64,000 nucleotides of DNA. It comes from Azolla caroliniana (taxonomy: Eukaryota > Plantae > Polypodiophyta). Under the pieces are notes generated by a model. That model was not told the origin of the DNA, ran no database searches, and saw only the letters and a program-made list of their open reading frames with translations. Below, in pieces: positions 23,559-35,600 of this stretch. A program made the position numbers and the translations under genes. Location of the stretch: positions 6,138,001-6,202,000 of the forward strand of contig JBHGNT010000005.1 of NCBI GenBank assembly GCA_043228905.1. The letters are read 5' to 3'. The number at the start of each line of letters is the position of its first letter. The stretch's first letter is position 1.

Positions 23559-24267
23559 TTGGAAACTCTGGAACAAGATATTTTGGACAATTTGGGTGAA
23601 CGATGAAGGGGCCAAGAAGGGTTCGACGTACAAGGTACTGTCCCACGGGCGTGCCATGTGTTACCGGCCGGCAAGGAGTCCAAAATACGGAGTGAAGGAG
23701 TTAATTAAGTATGGTTGTAAATAAGCATAGTGTGGACGGACGGACTGGAAACGGTATGCCGTTCCAGATCCGGACGGATCCCGAATAGGTGCGATAGGCA
23801 CCGTTTTGTACTACGGGCCGGAAACCTATTTAAAGGCCCGGACCCCATTGTAATCGCAGCGGATAATTAATAGAGCATATGGTGTTTATACTTCTGTGTT
23901 GATGTCCGTTCTTTACTTACTGTCATATCTTACGCGTGTAATTAACTAAAGCACTCTAATCGTGTAACCTACGTAAGTCGGTGTAATCGTTGAATCTTAA
24001 TCCTATACCGTAATCACCCTTTGGTGAAGTGTCTCCGTGACACCTTGTGTTAGGCCTTGTCCGGTCAGAGAATAACACAAACACCCATTGAAACGAGAAC
24101 TTTGAGATCCCAAATTGCATATATAAATGTTGAGGCATATCATGATATTGGACAAGTGATAGTTAACATGCTATGTGATTTGTTCCAATGACATAGCTCA
24201 AAAGAAACACATTCCATCGACGATCTCTTCCTTTCTGCACATCCCAAGGGTAATCGCTTGACCATAA

Positions 24268-24354
24268 TGTTGGAAGAGACAAGGCCGTCAATGCGGAAGA
24301 TCAAGAAGCATTCGATTAGGGTTGAGTACCCGCGTATGATAGTTTCTGAGATCG

Positions 24355-24428
<74 letters not shown>

Positions 24429-27400
24429 ACAAAAGACTCTTTCTATTCAATAGAAAACAATAATACAACCAACCTTGCAAAAAGGTTACAAGGTCACTTT
24501 ATATAGTGACCGACTTAGGGCAACTACCCTTTATGCTAATTACACAAATGGCCCAAACTTGAGCTATACAAAGGGATAGTGTGAATACGTCCATTATACA
24601 CTTGTATTCGACACTCCCCCGTAATGGGCGTATACATGGGTTATCTAAGATTACAGGTATAATCCTAGGTTCTCGGACATATCAGTTTTGTTCGAGTCGG
24701 CAAGGTCCGAAGGCAGAAGACCGAACTGGTCGGGTCGGAAGAGTTGAAGCCGATCATTAAGGAACTGATGTCGGTTGTCGGAAATCACCCTGCGCTGTGT
24801 CCGGCTCTAACCGGACTGGTTTGTCATTACGCCCATCTGATGCCGAAGAGACCGAAAGCGGTCTGCCGAAAAACACTTGGTCATTCCATCTGCGACATTG
24901 TCGGTTGTGGATATTTTCTCTAGACCGATTTTCCATGAAATGACGCAGTCCCGAACGAAGTGATATCGAACGTCGATATGTTTGGAGGCGTTGTGGTGAA
25001 CCGGATTTTTCGACAGGGCAACAACACCTTGACTGTCGCTATAGACAACTGGGGCCGAGTCATGGTCGACTTGCCGAAACGTGTGTGCCAGCCGGCCGAG
25101 CCACAAAGCTTCTTTTGCAGCGTCGGACGCAACTACATATTCTGCTTCGGTCGTTGAGGTCGCTGTGCACTCCTGAAGTTTCGACTTCCACGAAATTGCT
25201 CCATTGCCGAATTTGAAGCAGTATCCAGTTGTTGATTTCCGACTGTCTATACAGCCGGCGAAATCCGAGTCGGTGTAACCGACTACGCCTGAGGTTCGGT
25301 TCGGACCGAAAAGAATGCCGTGGTCTTTTGTGCCAGCCAGATATCTGAACACATGCTTGACTGCGTTCCAATGCGATCGGCCAGGATTGTGCATAAATCT
25401 GCTAACGACTCCTACGGCATGAGAGATATCAGGCCGTGTCGCGACCATCAGGTACATAAGGGAGCCGACTGCCGGTGCATACGGTACCGACTTCATATCT
25501 TCCCCCTCCGAGCCGGATGTCGGGCAGTCTCGCTGAGAGAGCCGAAGATTCATGGGGAGCGGGGTTGAAGCAGATTTGGCTGATTGCATGTTGAAGCATT
25601 CCAAGACACGTCCGATATAGTCGGTCTGAGATAAAAAAAGATGTCGTTTATCGCGATGCCGAGTATGTGTCGTGCCGGACCGAGGTCCTTCATGGCAAAC
25701 TTCAACCGCAGTTGCCGAATGAGATCGGCAAGTTCGCCCGCGTGGCGTCCAGAAATTAGCATGTCGTCCACGTAAATGATGAGGAAGATGGGTGATCCAT
25801 CTTGAGCTGTGGTGGTAAAGAGACAATGGTCCTCATCGTTTTTTGAGAAGCCGATCGATTGGATGAAGTCATCGAACTTCTTGTACCATTGTCGCGGTGC
25901 CTGTTTGAGGCCGTATAGACTCTTCCGGAGTCGGCAGACTAGATGTTCTTGGCCAGTTGCCACGAAGCCTTTTGGCTGCTCCACATAAATTTCCTCTTCA
26001 AGATCACCATGGAGGAAGGCTGTTTTGACATCTAGCTGAATCAGCTCCAAGTTGTCGGCTGCCACTACGCCGAGTAGAAAACGAAGGGTTGTCATTTTCA
26101 CCACTGGTGAAAAAATCTCGTCGAAGTCGACGCCATATTCTTGTCGGAAGCCCTTCGCAACTAATCTGGCCTTGTACTTTGGGGTGGTCGAATCAGACGT
26201 CTCTTTTAGTCGATAAATCCACTTGCAAGGAAGAGCACGTCGATTCTTAGGTAGTTCGACCAGATCCCAAGTCTTGTTTGCCCGAATGGAGTGCATTTCC
26301 GACTCCATCGCCAGATGCCAGATGGCTGAATCGACGGATGTCGATGCTTCTTCGTAAGACGTCGGTTCGCCGGCGTCGGTGAAGAAAATTCCAGGAGAAT
26401 ACCTCTCCGGAGGTTGCGACAGTCTCTCGGATCGTCGGGGTATGACTGGACTGGTCGTATCGGGTATCGAGGTCGGATGGTCCGAAAGCGAATTATTCTG
26501 CTGTGCCGAGTCGGAGTTGTCCGAGTCGGTAGTGTAAGGTTCAGCTACCCGTGAAGCTGACCGTGTGTTAAGAGCGGGGCCTTCTTGAAGGGTCGGCACA
26601 TCGGAAAATGTTACCCTTCGGACTTCGATCGGTTTTTCGATTGATGGATTCATAGCCGACTCGTTGAACACAACGTCCGAACTTCGAACGATTTGTCTGC
26701 GTTCGGGGTCCCAGAGTCGGTATCCCATTTCGCCGTCTGATCCATATCCAAGGAAAATGCATTTCCTGGACCGAGGTGCAAGTTTTCGGCGATCTTCTTT
26801 CGGAATAAGGGCGTACGCCTCGCATCCGAAGATCCTCAGCTTGTCGTAATTCGGCTTACTGCCGATCCATAGTTCCTGAGGAATTTGAAGTCCTAGAGGT
26901 CTGCTTGGCGACATATTGATTATGTGTACTGCCGTGAGTAGAGCCTCTGCCCAGAAGCCATCCGACAGTCCGGAGTGTTGGAGCATGGAAACTATCCGTT
27001 CTTGGATTGTCCGATTCATTCGTTCTGCAATCCCGTTTTGCTCCGGACTGTGTGGTGCCGTAAATTCACGTCGGATGCCGCGTTGTCGGCAGAATTTGAC
27101 GAATTCTTCTGATTTGAACTCTCCCCCATTGTCTGTCCGAAAGCATTTCAGTTTTCGGTCAGTTTGATTTTCTACCATAGCGAGCCAATCGGAGAAGATC
27201 GAGAAGACACGATCTTTGGTGCGAATTGGATAAGCCCACACCTTTCGAGTCGAATCGTCAATAAAACTGACGAAGTAAGAGGCACCGCCAAGAGACTGAT
27301 GCGGTATTGGGCCACAGACGTCCGAGTGGACTAAATCGAGAGGTCTCGTTTCTCTTGGTGCTGATGTCGGGTGTGATGCGGCTGCTTGTTTGCCGTACTG

Positions 27401-29578
27401 GCAATGCTCGCAGAATTGATGGTCGGAGAAGGAGAGTTTAGGGATGTATCCGGCTCTAGATAGGTGCGTAATGCCGGCCTTGCTGAGGTGTCCTAATCTT
27501 CTGTGCCATAGTGAGGACACAGGAATATCCACCAAAAACAGGTTACCCTCTCTGAGCGTAACATGTAACGGATACAGTGAGTGTATCTTGGGTCCTCTAG
27601 CAAGCAGGAGGTTCCCCCTGTGGAGTGTCCACCCTCCCGAAGAGAAACCGGCACGAATGCCGTCTTCATCTAGTTGTCCGACTGAGATCAATGGCCTCGA
27701 GAGCTCGGGTACATGTCGGACATTGTGAAGTACAAGTGTAGAGCCACCTGCAAGGTTGAGCTCTACTGTGCCGATTCCGATGATGTCACAGTGTTGTGAG
27801 TTGCCGACTCGAACTAAGTCGGAGTGACGGATCGTATATTGCCGAAATTGGGATCTATGAGGAGTCACGTGAAATGACGCGCCCGAATCCAAGAGCCATG
27901 TGCTCGATTCTTCAGTCGTGAGCAGAACTTCTGATCCGACTGGATTTTCGATTGACAGTATATTCGGGTCGTTTGGTAGCACATCAGCTGAGAAGCTGAC
28001 GTAATTGATCTCCTCATGCCGGCCACTCTTCTTGTTGTTCTTGTTCTTGAGTGCGCGGCAGTCGGCTTTGATGTGTCCGGGTTTCTTGCAATAGTTGCAG
28101 ATTCGGTTGTCCCGTGACTGGCTCCGTCTTCGCTGGTTGTTCGGCGGTCGTGAGGAATCTCTTCCTCGTATGTTCGATCGGTCTGTCGAACCTTGTACTA
28201 CATAAGCGTCGTCTGTTGAGTCTTTGGCGAAAGACTTTCTCCGAGCTGCTTCGGTCAGGATTGCGCTCGTGACTTCGGAGTATTTAACAGCCGTGGTTGA
28301 CGCGTTGCACACGGTTGTGACGAAAGTTTCCCATGATGAGGGAAGGCTACTCATGAGTATCATTGCTCTGAGTTCATCCTCGATTGCCGTCCCCTGAGAT
28401 GAGATTTGGGAGCTTATGCTTTCGTACTCATTGAGGTGTGCTTGAACCGAATCAGATTCTTTCATCCGCAAGTTGTAGAGGCGCCGGATCAGAAACATCT
28501 TCGTTGCGGCGACCTTCTTTTCGTAAGTGTCCGACAGTGTTTTCCACAGTTCGAATGCTGTCGTACACGATTGCACCGTAAAATATACCGATTCCGATAG
28601 GTGCATCCGAATCGTGGCGCGGACGATTCTGTCCAGCTTCTGCCACTCAATTGGTTTGTATCCTTCTGGAGGTTCTTCATTTTCGATGGGATCGATTTGC
28701 CCCTTGACTATGAGATAGTCCTGCATTTGCTCCTTCCAGAAGTTGAAGTTCGATCCATCGAACTTTCGTAGACTCATTTCTGACGAGCCGGATGTTGATG
28801 CCATCAAATTCGGTTTCGGTTGACGAAGCTCGGTTCGGAGTTGACTACGAACCTTGTTGGAGTGCAGCCGGTTGGCTCACCCGATATCGTTCTAGTCGGA
28901 TTTGAACCCGAGTCGGTTCGGCTTCGGATATATGTATTGTTGAACTTGCTCGAATTGACTCCGGTAACTTGAGGGACAGAACCGACTGGTCTTCCCGAAT
29001 GTTGCCGAGTCGGAGTGAGCCCGGTTCGTTTCGGATATATATGCCGAATACCGATTATTGAAACCGATTGTCTGGACCGATTCTGCTTCGGGTGACTACA
29101 GCGACGAGAGAGACGGATCCAACTGATCCTCTCGAATGTCGATCAGCCGGATGAAGCACGAATTGGAGTTGTTGTCTTGAGACCGATCTGCACCGAGTGG
29201 TTACAATGAGCGGCGAGCAGCGTTTGTTGACCTCTTCGGATGCCGTTTAACCGAGTGGAGCACGATCGTGTCAATGTTGCACAAGGGGATTTCACCTCGA
29301 GTGGTTACGATCACAAGGAGCAGAGTACAACCGACTGGCTTACTCCAAGCGAAAATGATCTAACGCGATGAGATGCAAGCCTCGTTTTTCTTCTTCTTCT
29401 CTCTACTTCGAATGACGTAGGAAACCGAATGCTGTGCAGGCGGTGATGACGGCCGACAGCGGGTTGAGGAACCTTCGCTCTGATACCAAATGTTGGAAGA
29501 GACAAGGTCGTCAATGCGGAAGATCAAGAAGCATTCGATTAGGGTTGAGTACCCGCGTATGATAGTTTCTGAGATCGT

Positions 29579-29633
<55 letters not shown>

Positions 29634-29818
29634 ACAAAAGAGTCTTTCTATTCAATAGAAAACAATAATACAACTAACCTTGCAAAAAGGTTACAAGGTC
29701 ACTTTATATAGTGACCGACTTAGGGCAACTACCCTTTATGCTAATTACACAAATGGCCCAAACTTGAGCTATACAAAGGGATAGTGTGAATACGTCCATT
29801 ATACACTTGTATTCGACA
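24268..29818 (-). mobile_element. Ty1/copia LTR retrotransposon (Tnt1/Tork-like), 5.55 kb
   Basis: LTRs at 24268-24613 and 29491-29818 (TG...CA, about four substitutions plus a GA-repeat length difference). TSD CATAA on both sides. PBS TGGTATCAGAGC (tRNA-iMet) next to 29491. PPT ACGGGGGAG next to 24613. Confidence 0.96.
24807..28807 (-). pseudogene. Copia gag-pol (Gag-ZnK-PR-IN-RT-RNaseH) with one frameshifting deletion near 25655
   Basis: CNYCKKPGHIKADC, WLLDSGAS, WHRRLGH..CEHC, HSDVCGP, RTDNGGEF, KARLVAKGF, QLDVKTAFLHG and YVDDM lie in ORF 28807-25550. The RT end and RNaseH (YTDSDFAG, SKHIDVRYH, NVADGMTK) lie in the overlapping frame ending at 24807. Confidence 0.93.
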
Positions 29819-30685
29819 CATAACCCCCTCCAAAGAAATACATTAGCTCTAAATGGAAGATGGGATTGTGAACCCATTCTTAGCAAACTATTGCAGTGTA
29901 GTATGAGCTTTCTAATTCCCCACACTCTCATAACCTTTTCCTCCATTTGCTTATACATGTGAATGATCTTATGATAACATCACTACCTTTTACATAAGAA
30001 AGACACCTACCACCTACAAATGTCCAATAAACCTCGAAGATAGGCTCAAAGAGTTCCGGAGTTGGGCACAACAAAGTTGTACTTTAGTATCCAACATAAC
30101 ATCCCGCACTTTAACAAACCCAACTTGCCATCCTACGAAATTGCAATTGTAACAAAATCTTACCCTCCTATCCCAACATTTGTGAGGCCCACAAATACAT
30201 CTCTCTAAAAGGTATTAATATTCTCTTGTGTTGGCAAGAGGACACCGCTACACGTATTCCAACACACCACCAAAAAACTAACCATCAGATATCTTGGAAA
30301 ATTTCATTGACCTTTTGCTGTTCAATATGCTCCACCAAGAGGCTAAATTCCCTCGCTTTTCCCAATGGAATCTATACTTTCTGTCAAATGAAAGTGACCA
30401 CTTTTCGTTTGATAAAATAGTGAAAGTGAAATTCCACGAGCCCAAATACATTCATTCAGATTCAAATTTTGTGGCTCTCGCCCTCTCCCAATCATCTTGC
30501 AGTGGTAATCTGATTCCACGCCACCCATGGAATACCCATTTTCTCCCTTTGTCTTGCATGATGTAAATCGCATGTCTCCTTCGACTTGCATGATGTAAAA
30601 GTAAATCGTAGTGATGCTGTCGAATGTTCAATGTCCCATTTAGATCGCCATGGCAACAAAAAGGTAAGGCTAGGTAGGTAGCATG

Positions 30686-30848
30686 AAACCCTAGGACCAT
30701 CTTCGACAGTACCATTTTAAAGATGTACATGGAATGAGCAAACCCTAGGACCAGCTTCGATTGTACCATTTAAAGATGTACATGGAATGGGCAAACCCTA
30801 GGACCATCTCCGATTGTACCACTTTTAAGATGTACACGGAACGAGCAG
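30686..30848. repeat. Three 53-54 bp tandem repeats, each starting with AAACCCTAG
   Basis: AAACCCTAGGACCA...GTACCA.TTT.AAGATGTACA.GGAA at 30686, 30740 and 30793. Confidence 0.9.
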
Positions 30849-31041
30849 ATCTCGGGAATTTCGAATACAGAGAGATGCAGATCCATGGGATGAGAGAGGC
30901 TCGGATTGGACAACTCCCGCTCTCCGCTCCAAATCACAAAAGCCTCACTCAATGTCTACAAATAAATCATTGGCACAACAAAGTGTTTTTGTCTAAACCA
31001 ATCAAAGATCATCCATCTTCCATATCTCTCCTTTTGTGTAT

Positions 31042-31092
31042 ATGTATGTATGCATGTATGTATGTATGTATGTATGTATGTATGTATGTATG
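31042..31092. repeat. (ATGT)n microsatellite
   Basis: Directly visible. Confidence 0.9.
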
Positions 31093-32327
31093 TGGTAATC
31101 ACCGATTCTCTGAATGTTAGATCTCTTCTCGAGATCTGAAGCCAAAAGTAAAAGAAAGCTGCCGTACATACATTATTCAATTTGCTCTCTATAGCAATAT
31201 TTTGGCGCCTCCTCCTCCTGCTTCTCGTATTTTTGTAGTCTTTTAATGGCCCTGTTTAATGATTCAGATTGATATAAATCCATTTGCAGCAATAGGGAAT
31301 GAATGAATATAAATCTGTTCCACGTTTTGTCTTTGCTCTTTCATCGTCCACGATCCAACCGTCGATCCAACCCGCACAGGTAAGCCTTCCAATTTTCGCT
31401 GTTTGATCTTGGTTTGTTTATTTTAAATCTTCTGTAGTTAGTTTTGGGGATCCTTCCTAAGCATACCTCTTTCTTAGTGGAGTCCTTTCTCTACTACGCC
31501 AAGGTAATTCAATGAGTGCCAGGCTGTTATCTACTCTATTGTAGGTAACACGAGTAAATACAGACACCAACCATGCCTAACCTTGCTAGCGTTACACTTG
31601 ATTACAAAACCGAGGATTTCATTAATCACCCATACACTTAACTTAATCAAGAATATCAAGAAGACTTAACTCAACTCGAAGGACTTAATAAGGAAACATA
31701 CTTCAATTAAATAAAACCGTCCGGCGTCAAGCTTCATACAAGTCCCTCAAATACTTAAGAAGGATTCTTAAGACTTGAGATCTTTGCCTAAGATAGCTGT
31801 GGAGGAGAGAGGGAGATTAGACAATTTTTAAATTCTAGCTTAAAATTCAAAAATCAAGAAGACTGGGAAGAGCCTCCAACTTTTCCTTGTATACTTCCCT
31901 TTCAATGTAGTGCTTTTGATCTTAGGGCCCCACACTGGGGGGAGACAATTCCGTATCTTTCGGCATTCTACTTTTTCAAGGTTACAAGAGAGTCCTAAAG
32001 ATGGCTAGTTTTGTGCATGTATACAGACACATGTATGGACATATTACCATTACGATGCAGAGTTGCATTTAAGATCTTTGATCTGATTCTGATTCAACTA
32101 AGTTTATCTTGGGCATCTATTTCCATTCATCTGGAAGGCCCTTAGGGATTATCGTTATTTAACTCAATTTTCCCTTGAAGAATTGCTGCTCATCTACTTC
32201 AGAGATTAAAGATTTTATCCAACTTCAGAGATTTTATCTTCTACTTGGACCCAATCCCAAATTCAGTCCTTATCTTATATTGATTCTGCATGTCCATAGT
32301 GGAAGTAATACCCATCAAAAGAAGAGT

Positions 32328-32678
32328 AAATACACACAATGAACTTTGATGTCCATTACATCTGTTCTTTGTATTTTTGTGTTTTACTGAGCACACGTTT
32401 TTAAAACATATTGCAAAGTCAAATTGCATGATTTTTGCAGCAAGTCCTATGTTTGTATGATGGGAGATGAAGGAAGCTTATTTGATAAGTTGGACAATGA
32501 GACTGCAAAATACACACAATGAACTTCGATGTCCATTACATCTGTTCTTTGTATTTTTGTGTTTTACTAAGCACACTTAGTTTTTAAAATAAATTGCATG
32601 AATGTTGCAGCAAGTCCTATGTTTGTATGATGGGAGACGAAGGAAGCTTATTTGATAAGTTGGACAATGAGACTGCAA
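32328..32678 (+). repeat. ~170-180 bp tandem duplication covering the F-box first-coding-exon acceptor and ATG
   Basis: AAATACACACAATGAACTT...TTGCAGCAAGTCCTATGTTTGTATGATGGGAGA...GAGACTGCAA occurs twice (acceptor AGs at 32440 and 32610). Confidence 0.93.
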
Positions 32679-35600
32679 TATACGTGTTCAGCATGCTAAA
32701 TACATGCAAAGATCTAGTTAATGCAGCATGTGTCTGCCGGTTGTGGCGTGAATATGGTAAGTATAAGCTATAACTTATAAGTTTTATGGTTGGTGTACTT
32801 TTATTGACTGAAAATATAAATGATAAGTTTTATGGTTGATATACTTTTATTAACTGAAAGTATAAGTTATAAGTTGTATGGTTGATTTGCTTTAATATGA
32901 ATTCAGCGAGTCACATCCCACTAGATTTTAGTAGATTTATGTATACATTTTAAAATATCCAAAATATGCCAATGTTATTAGTTTTTAGCTGCATGTTTCA
33001 CTCTAAATGTGATAAATATCTAAGAACCTTAGTTTTTCATATGTTCTTTTAAAGGAAAATAATTAATAAAGATTCTTTCTTTATCCCACAAAATGTGAAG
33101 ACTTCTATTTTATTGTTCACCCCTCCCTTTGATTGTTTGAAATTTAGCGATAGATATTGTGGCAAATTTAGGAGCCTTTAGTAGTTTCTCTTCACAATCC
33201 CAATTAAAACTGTTCGAATGTCGTCTAATGATTATTCAAAAGAGAATTATTGACTTGCCTGGGAATATCTCATATAGTCCACAAGAGTTCATTCGATCTT
33301 ATGTAATCATAGCACAAAATTAGGCATTAGAAAATTTGAGTTTTGAAAGATAACTTAGCATGATGTTCCTTCTTAACTCATCCCTGAAAAGCTTTGGTAA
33401 TAGTATTCATGTTTTATGTGATTTTTTTACTCGTCCTTTTGATCCTTGTAAATTGAATCTCCACCATTTTCCTCCTCCTCTTAGATGCACACGCATTATC
33501 TTCATGATAACTAGATGAACAAGAAATCCCAATAATTCTCCAAACCAAGTTATTAATTTGAGGCAAATATTGCAATAACCCTGGTCAGAAAAAAGTAATC
33601 ATAGCTTCTCAAAAACATTGAATTATAACTGTTTGGTGAAAATTGGGTTATGTCTTGATGTGGAGGTTCTACAGATAAGGCAGGATATGCAGTAAGTCTG
33701 GAAGTCCCAACATATAGGTTAGATTGAGTACACACTTTTTGGCGTGGAATTATGGTGTGTGTCTTCGAAGCATTCATGGTGGTAGTCGAAGCTTAGATTG
33801 AGTATTCATTTTTTGGCGTGGAACTATGGTGGGTGTCTTAGAAGCATTCATGGTGGTATTTGACACAATTACATATGCACAAATGTGTGCGTGTGTATGT
33901 GTCTATGAGAGAGCTATATAACATCTTTTAAAATGCCAAAATGGCCTATAAGTCCAAAGAAGAGATGACATCTTACAATGTTTATACGCATAAATAGTAT
34001 CACATCACATATGATTTGTCTTTATACAGGTCTTTGAGTTGCTAACATAGGGGATTCACATGTTGTCATTGTCGCAATTCTCGGAGAAGGGTATAAAAAA
34101 TATATAAATGTTTATCCACCCACATCCACTCTCATACTCCTGCTACATATGAAGGATATTATGGGCAACAACTTATGAGGGACGGAAATGGACAATTGCT
34201 TTACCTTACCATATATTTAGCTCTATGTACAAGATGTTATATAGCTTTTGGAGGACAGGCTGCATAGTACACAAAGTCATGTATATATATGGTTCACATT
34301 CACAAGGTACCATTTTTCTTTGAAAGAGGCATTTACTGCTGAATGTACACTTCCTGAAACTGTGTACCAAACCATGGTGGTTTAACATATTGGTTTACCA
34401 CACCCTCTTGTATGTGTCTGGAGATATGGGACGAAAGTTTTGCAAATGCGGAAGATTTAGAGGAATATGGAATGGCCACTAGTTGGTCTATATGATTTCT
34501 CAGATGATAAGGATCAAAATATCAGTACCCAATCTAGACATGATCTAGGCATCACTATGTACAATGATCTCTTTCCTTATCTGTGCAGCTAGCAGAGGAA
34601 GGTGAAACCAATTGTTTGTAGATGCATGTGATGATATGGATGCATTCCCACCTATTGAGTATAGTCTCAACTGCCCATTTTTGGATGTGACCAAGCCAGT
34701 AATAAAGTGATAAAGAAAGATATTATAAAGTGGACACACAAAGAACTCAGATTATTCCAATAGTTCCTTGGGCACAAAGATGGCCAGCTAAAAGTCTTCT
34801 ATATTTTTCCTAATTTCTTTGGTTGATTCTTCGTGTGAATCTCCATTTTTTCAAATTTAACACTTTTCTTCTCAAAAATAGATCGTAGCAACATTCGTTT
34901 TTGCATTATATGATACTTTTTTGGACGCATGAACTTATGATTCTCCAAAATTAATTATGTTATAACTTCTAGTGTTTCAAATATCTCCAACTTGATCTGC
35001 ATATTAATGAAATTCGGTGAATTTATGGAGCATTCTTTGTTTAACATGTGTAGTTATGGAAGAGAAACTATGGAGAGGCTTGTGCATGAAGCATTATCAT
35101 GAATCTGGAGATTTTAAAATCGTACACATGAATGAGAGCGGTTCACTCGAACAAGCAAGTGATATTAGACAGCTGGGATATCCAGAAACAAAACTGTCTT
35201 TATATGCCATGTTTCTGTCCACACTACAAAGTTCTCCTATAGAGAGATCATGTATATTGGAACCTTTGCATGCGTCTAGCACTGACAATTTGCCACAAGA
35301 AAGTATTGTGCAAACTCTTTATCATGAAGATGAACTTAATTCTTATTGGTCAAGTACGGGTCAAAGCAACACCAATGTACCAGAGACACTCACTTACAGG
35401 CTCCTTTCTGACCTTTGTGTTGTTCACGAAGTGAAAATCCGACCTTTCCGAGGTAAATCTGTTTCAGTCGGGTTAAATGCTGCTATAAAAAGTTATAGCT
35501 GATCTTCATCCTTTTTAGTGAGTAATTGATGTTTTATCATGAATGAGTTCATGGTATTGAAGAAAGATGCATGTTCATATGTTGAGTGACTTCTGTGGAT

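Larger units (their letters stand above)
17744..24077 (+). mobile_element. Young non-autonomous Ty3/gypsy-type LTR retrotransposon, 6.3 kb (gag-protease plus extra ORF, no RT/RNaseH/integrase)
   Basis: 419-bp TG...CA LTRs at 17744-18162 and 23659-24077 with about three substitutions. Perfect 5-bp TSD CAAAC (17739-17743, 24078-24082). PBS TGGCGACCAC (tRNA-Arg-like) 6 nt after the 5' LTR. Confidence 0.93.
17400..30000 (-). pseudogene. Highly degenerate PPR-like repeat split by two LTR retrotransposons (pieces ~17400-17743, 24083-24267, ~29824-30000)
   Basis: With both LTR elements removed, the minus-strand flanks align colinearly with 55880-56330(+). Conceptual translations give PPR-like remnants (ANVFLWR, MYKQMEEK). 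PPR identity is inferred. Confidence 0.4.

Noticed and set aside
18088-28718. Numerous antisense and alternate-frame ORFs inside the two LTR elements
   Set aside because: Expected shadows of GC-richer coding sequence; no motifs.
31433-32200. Possible solo LTR in the F-box 5' UTR intron
   Set aside because: Could not define TG...CA ends with a matching TSD.
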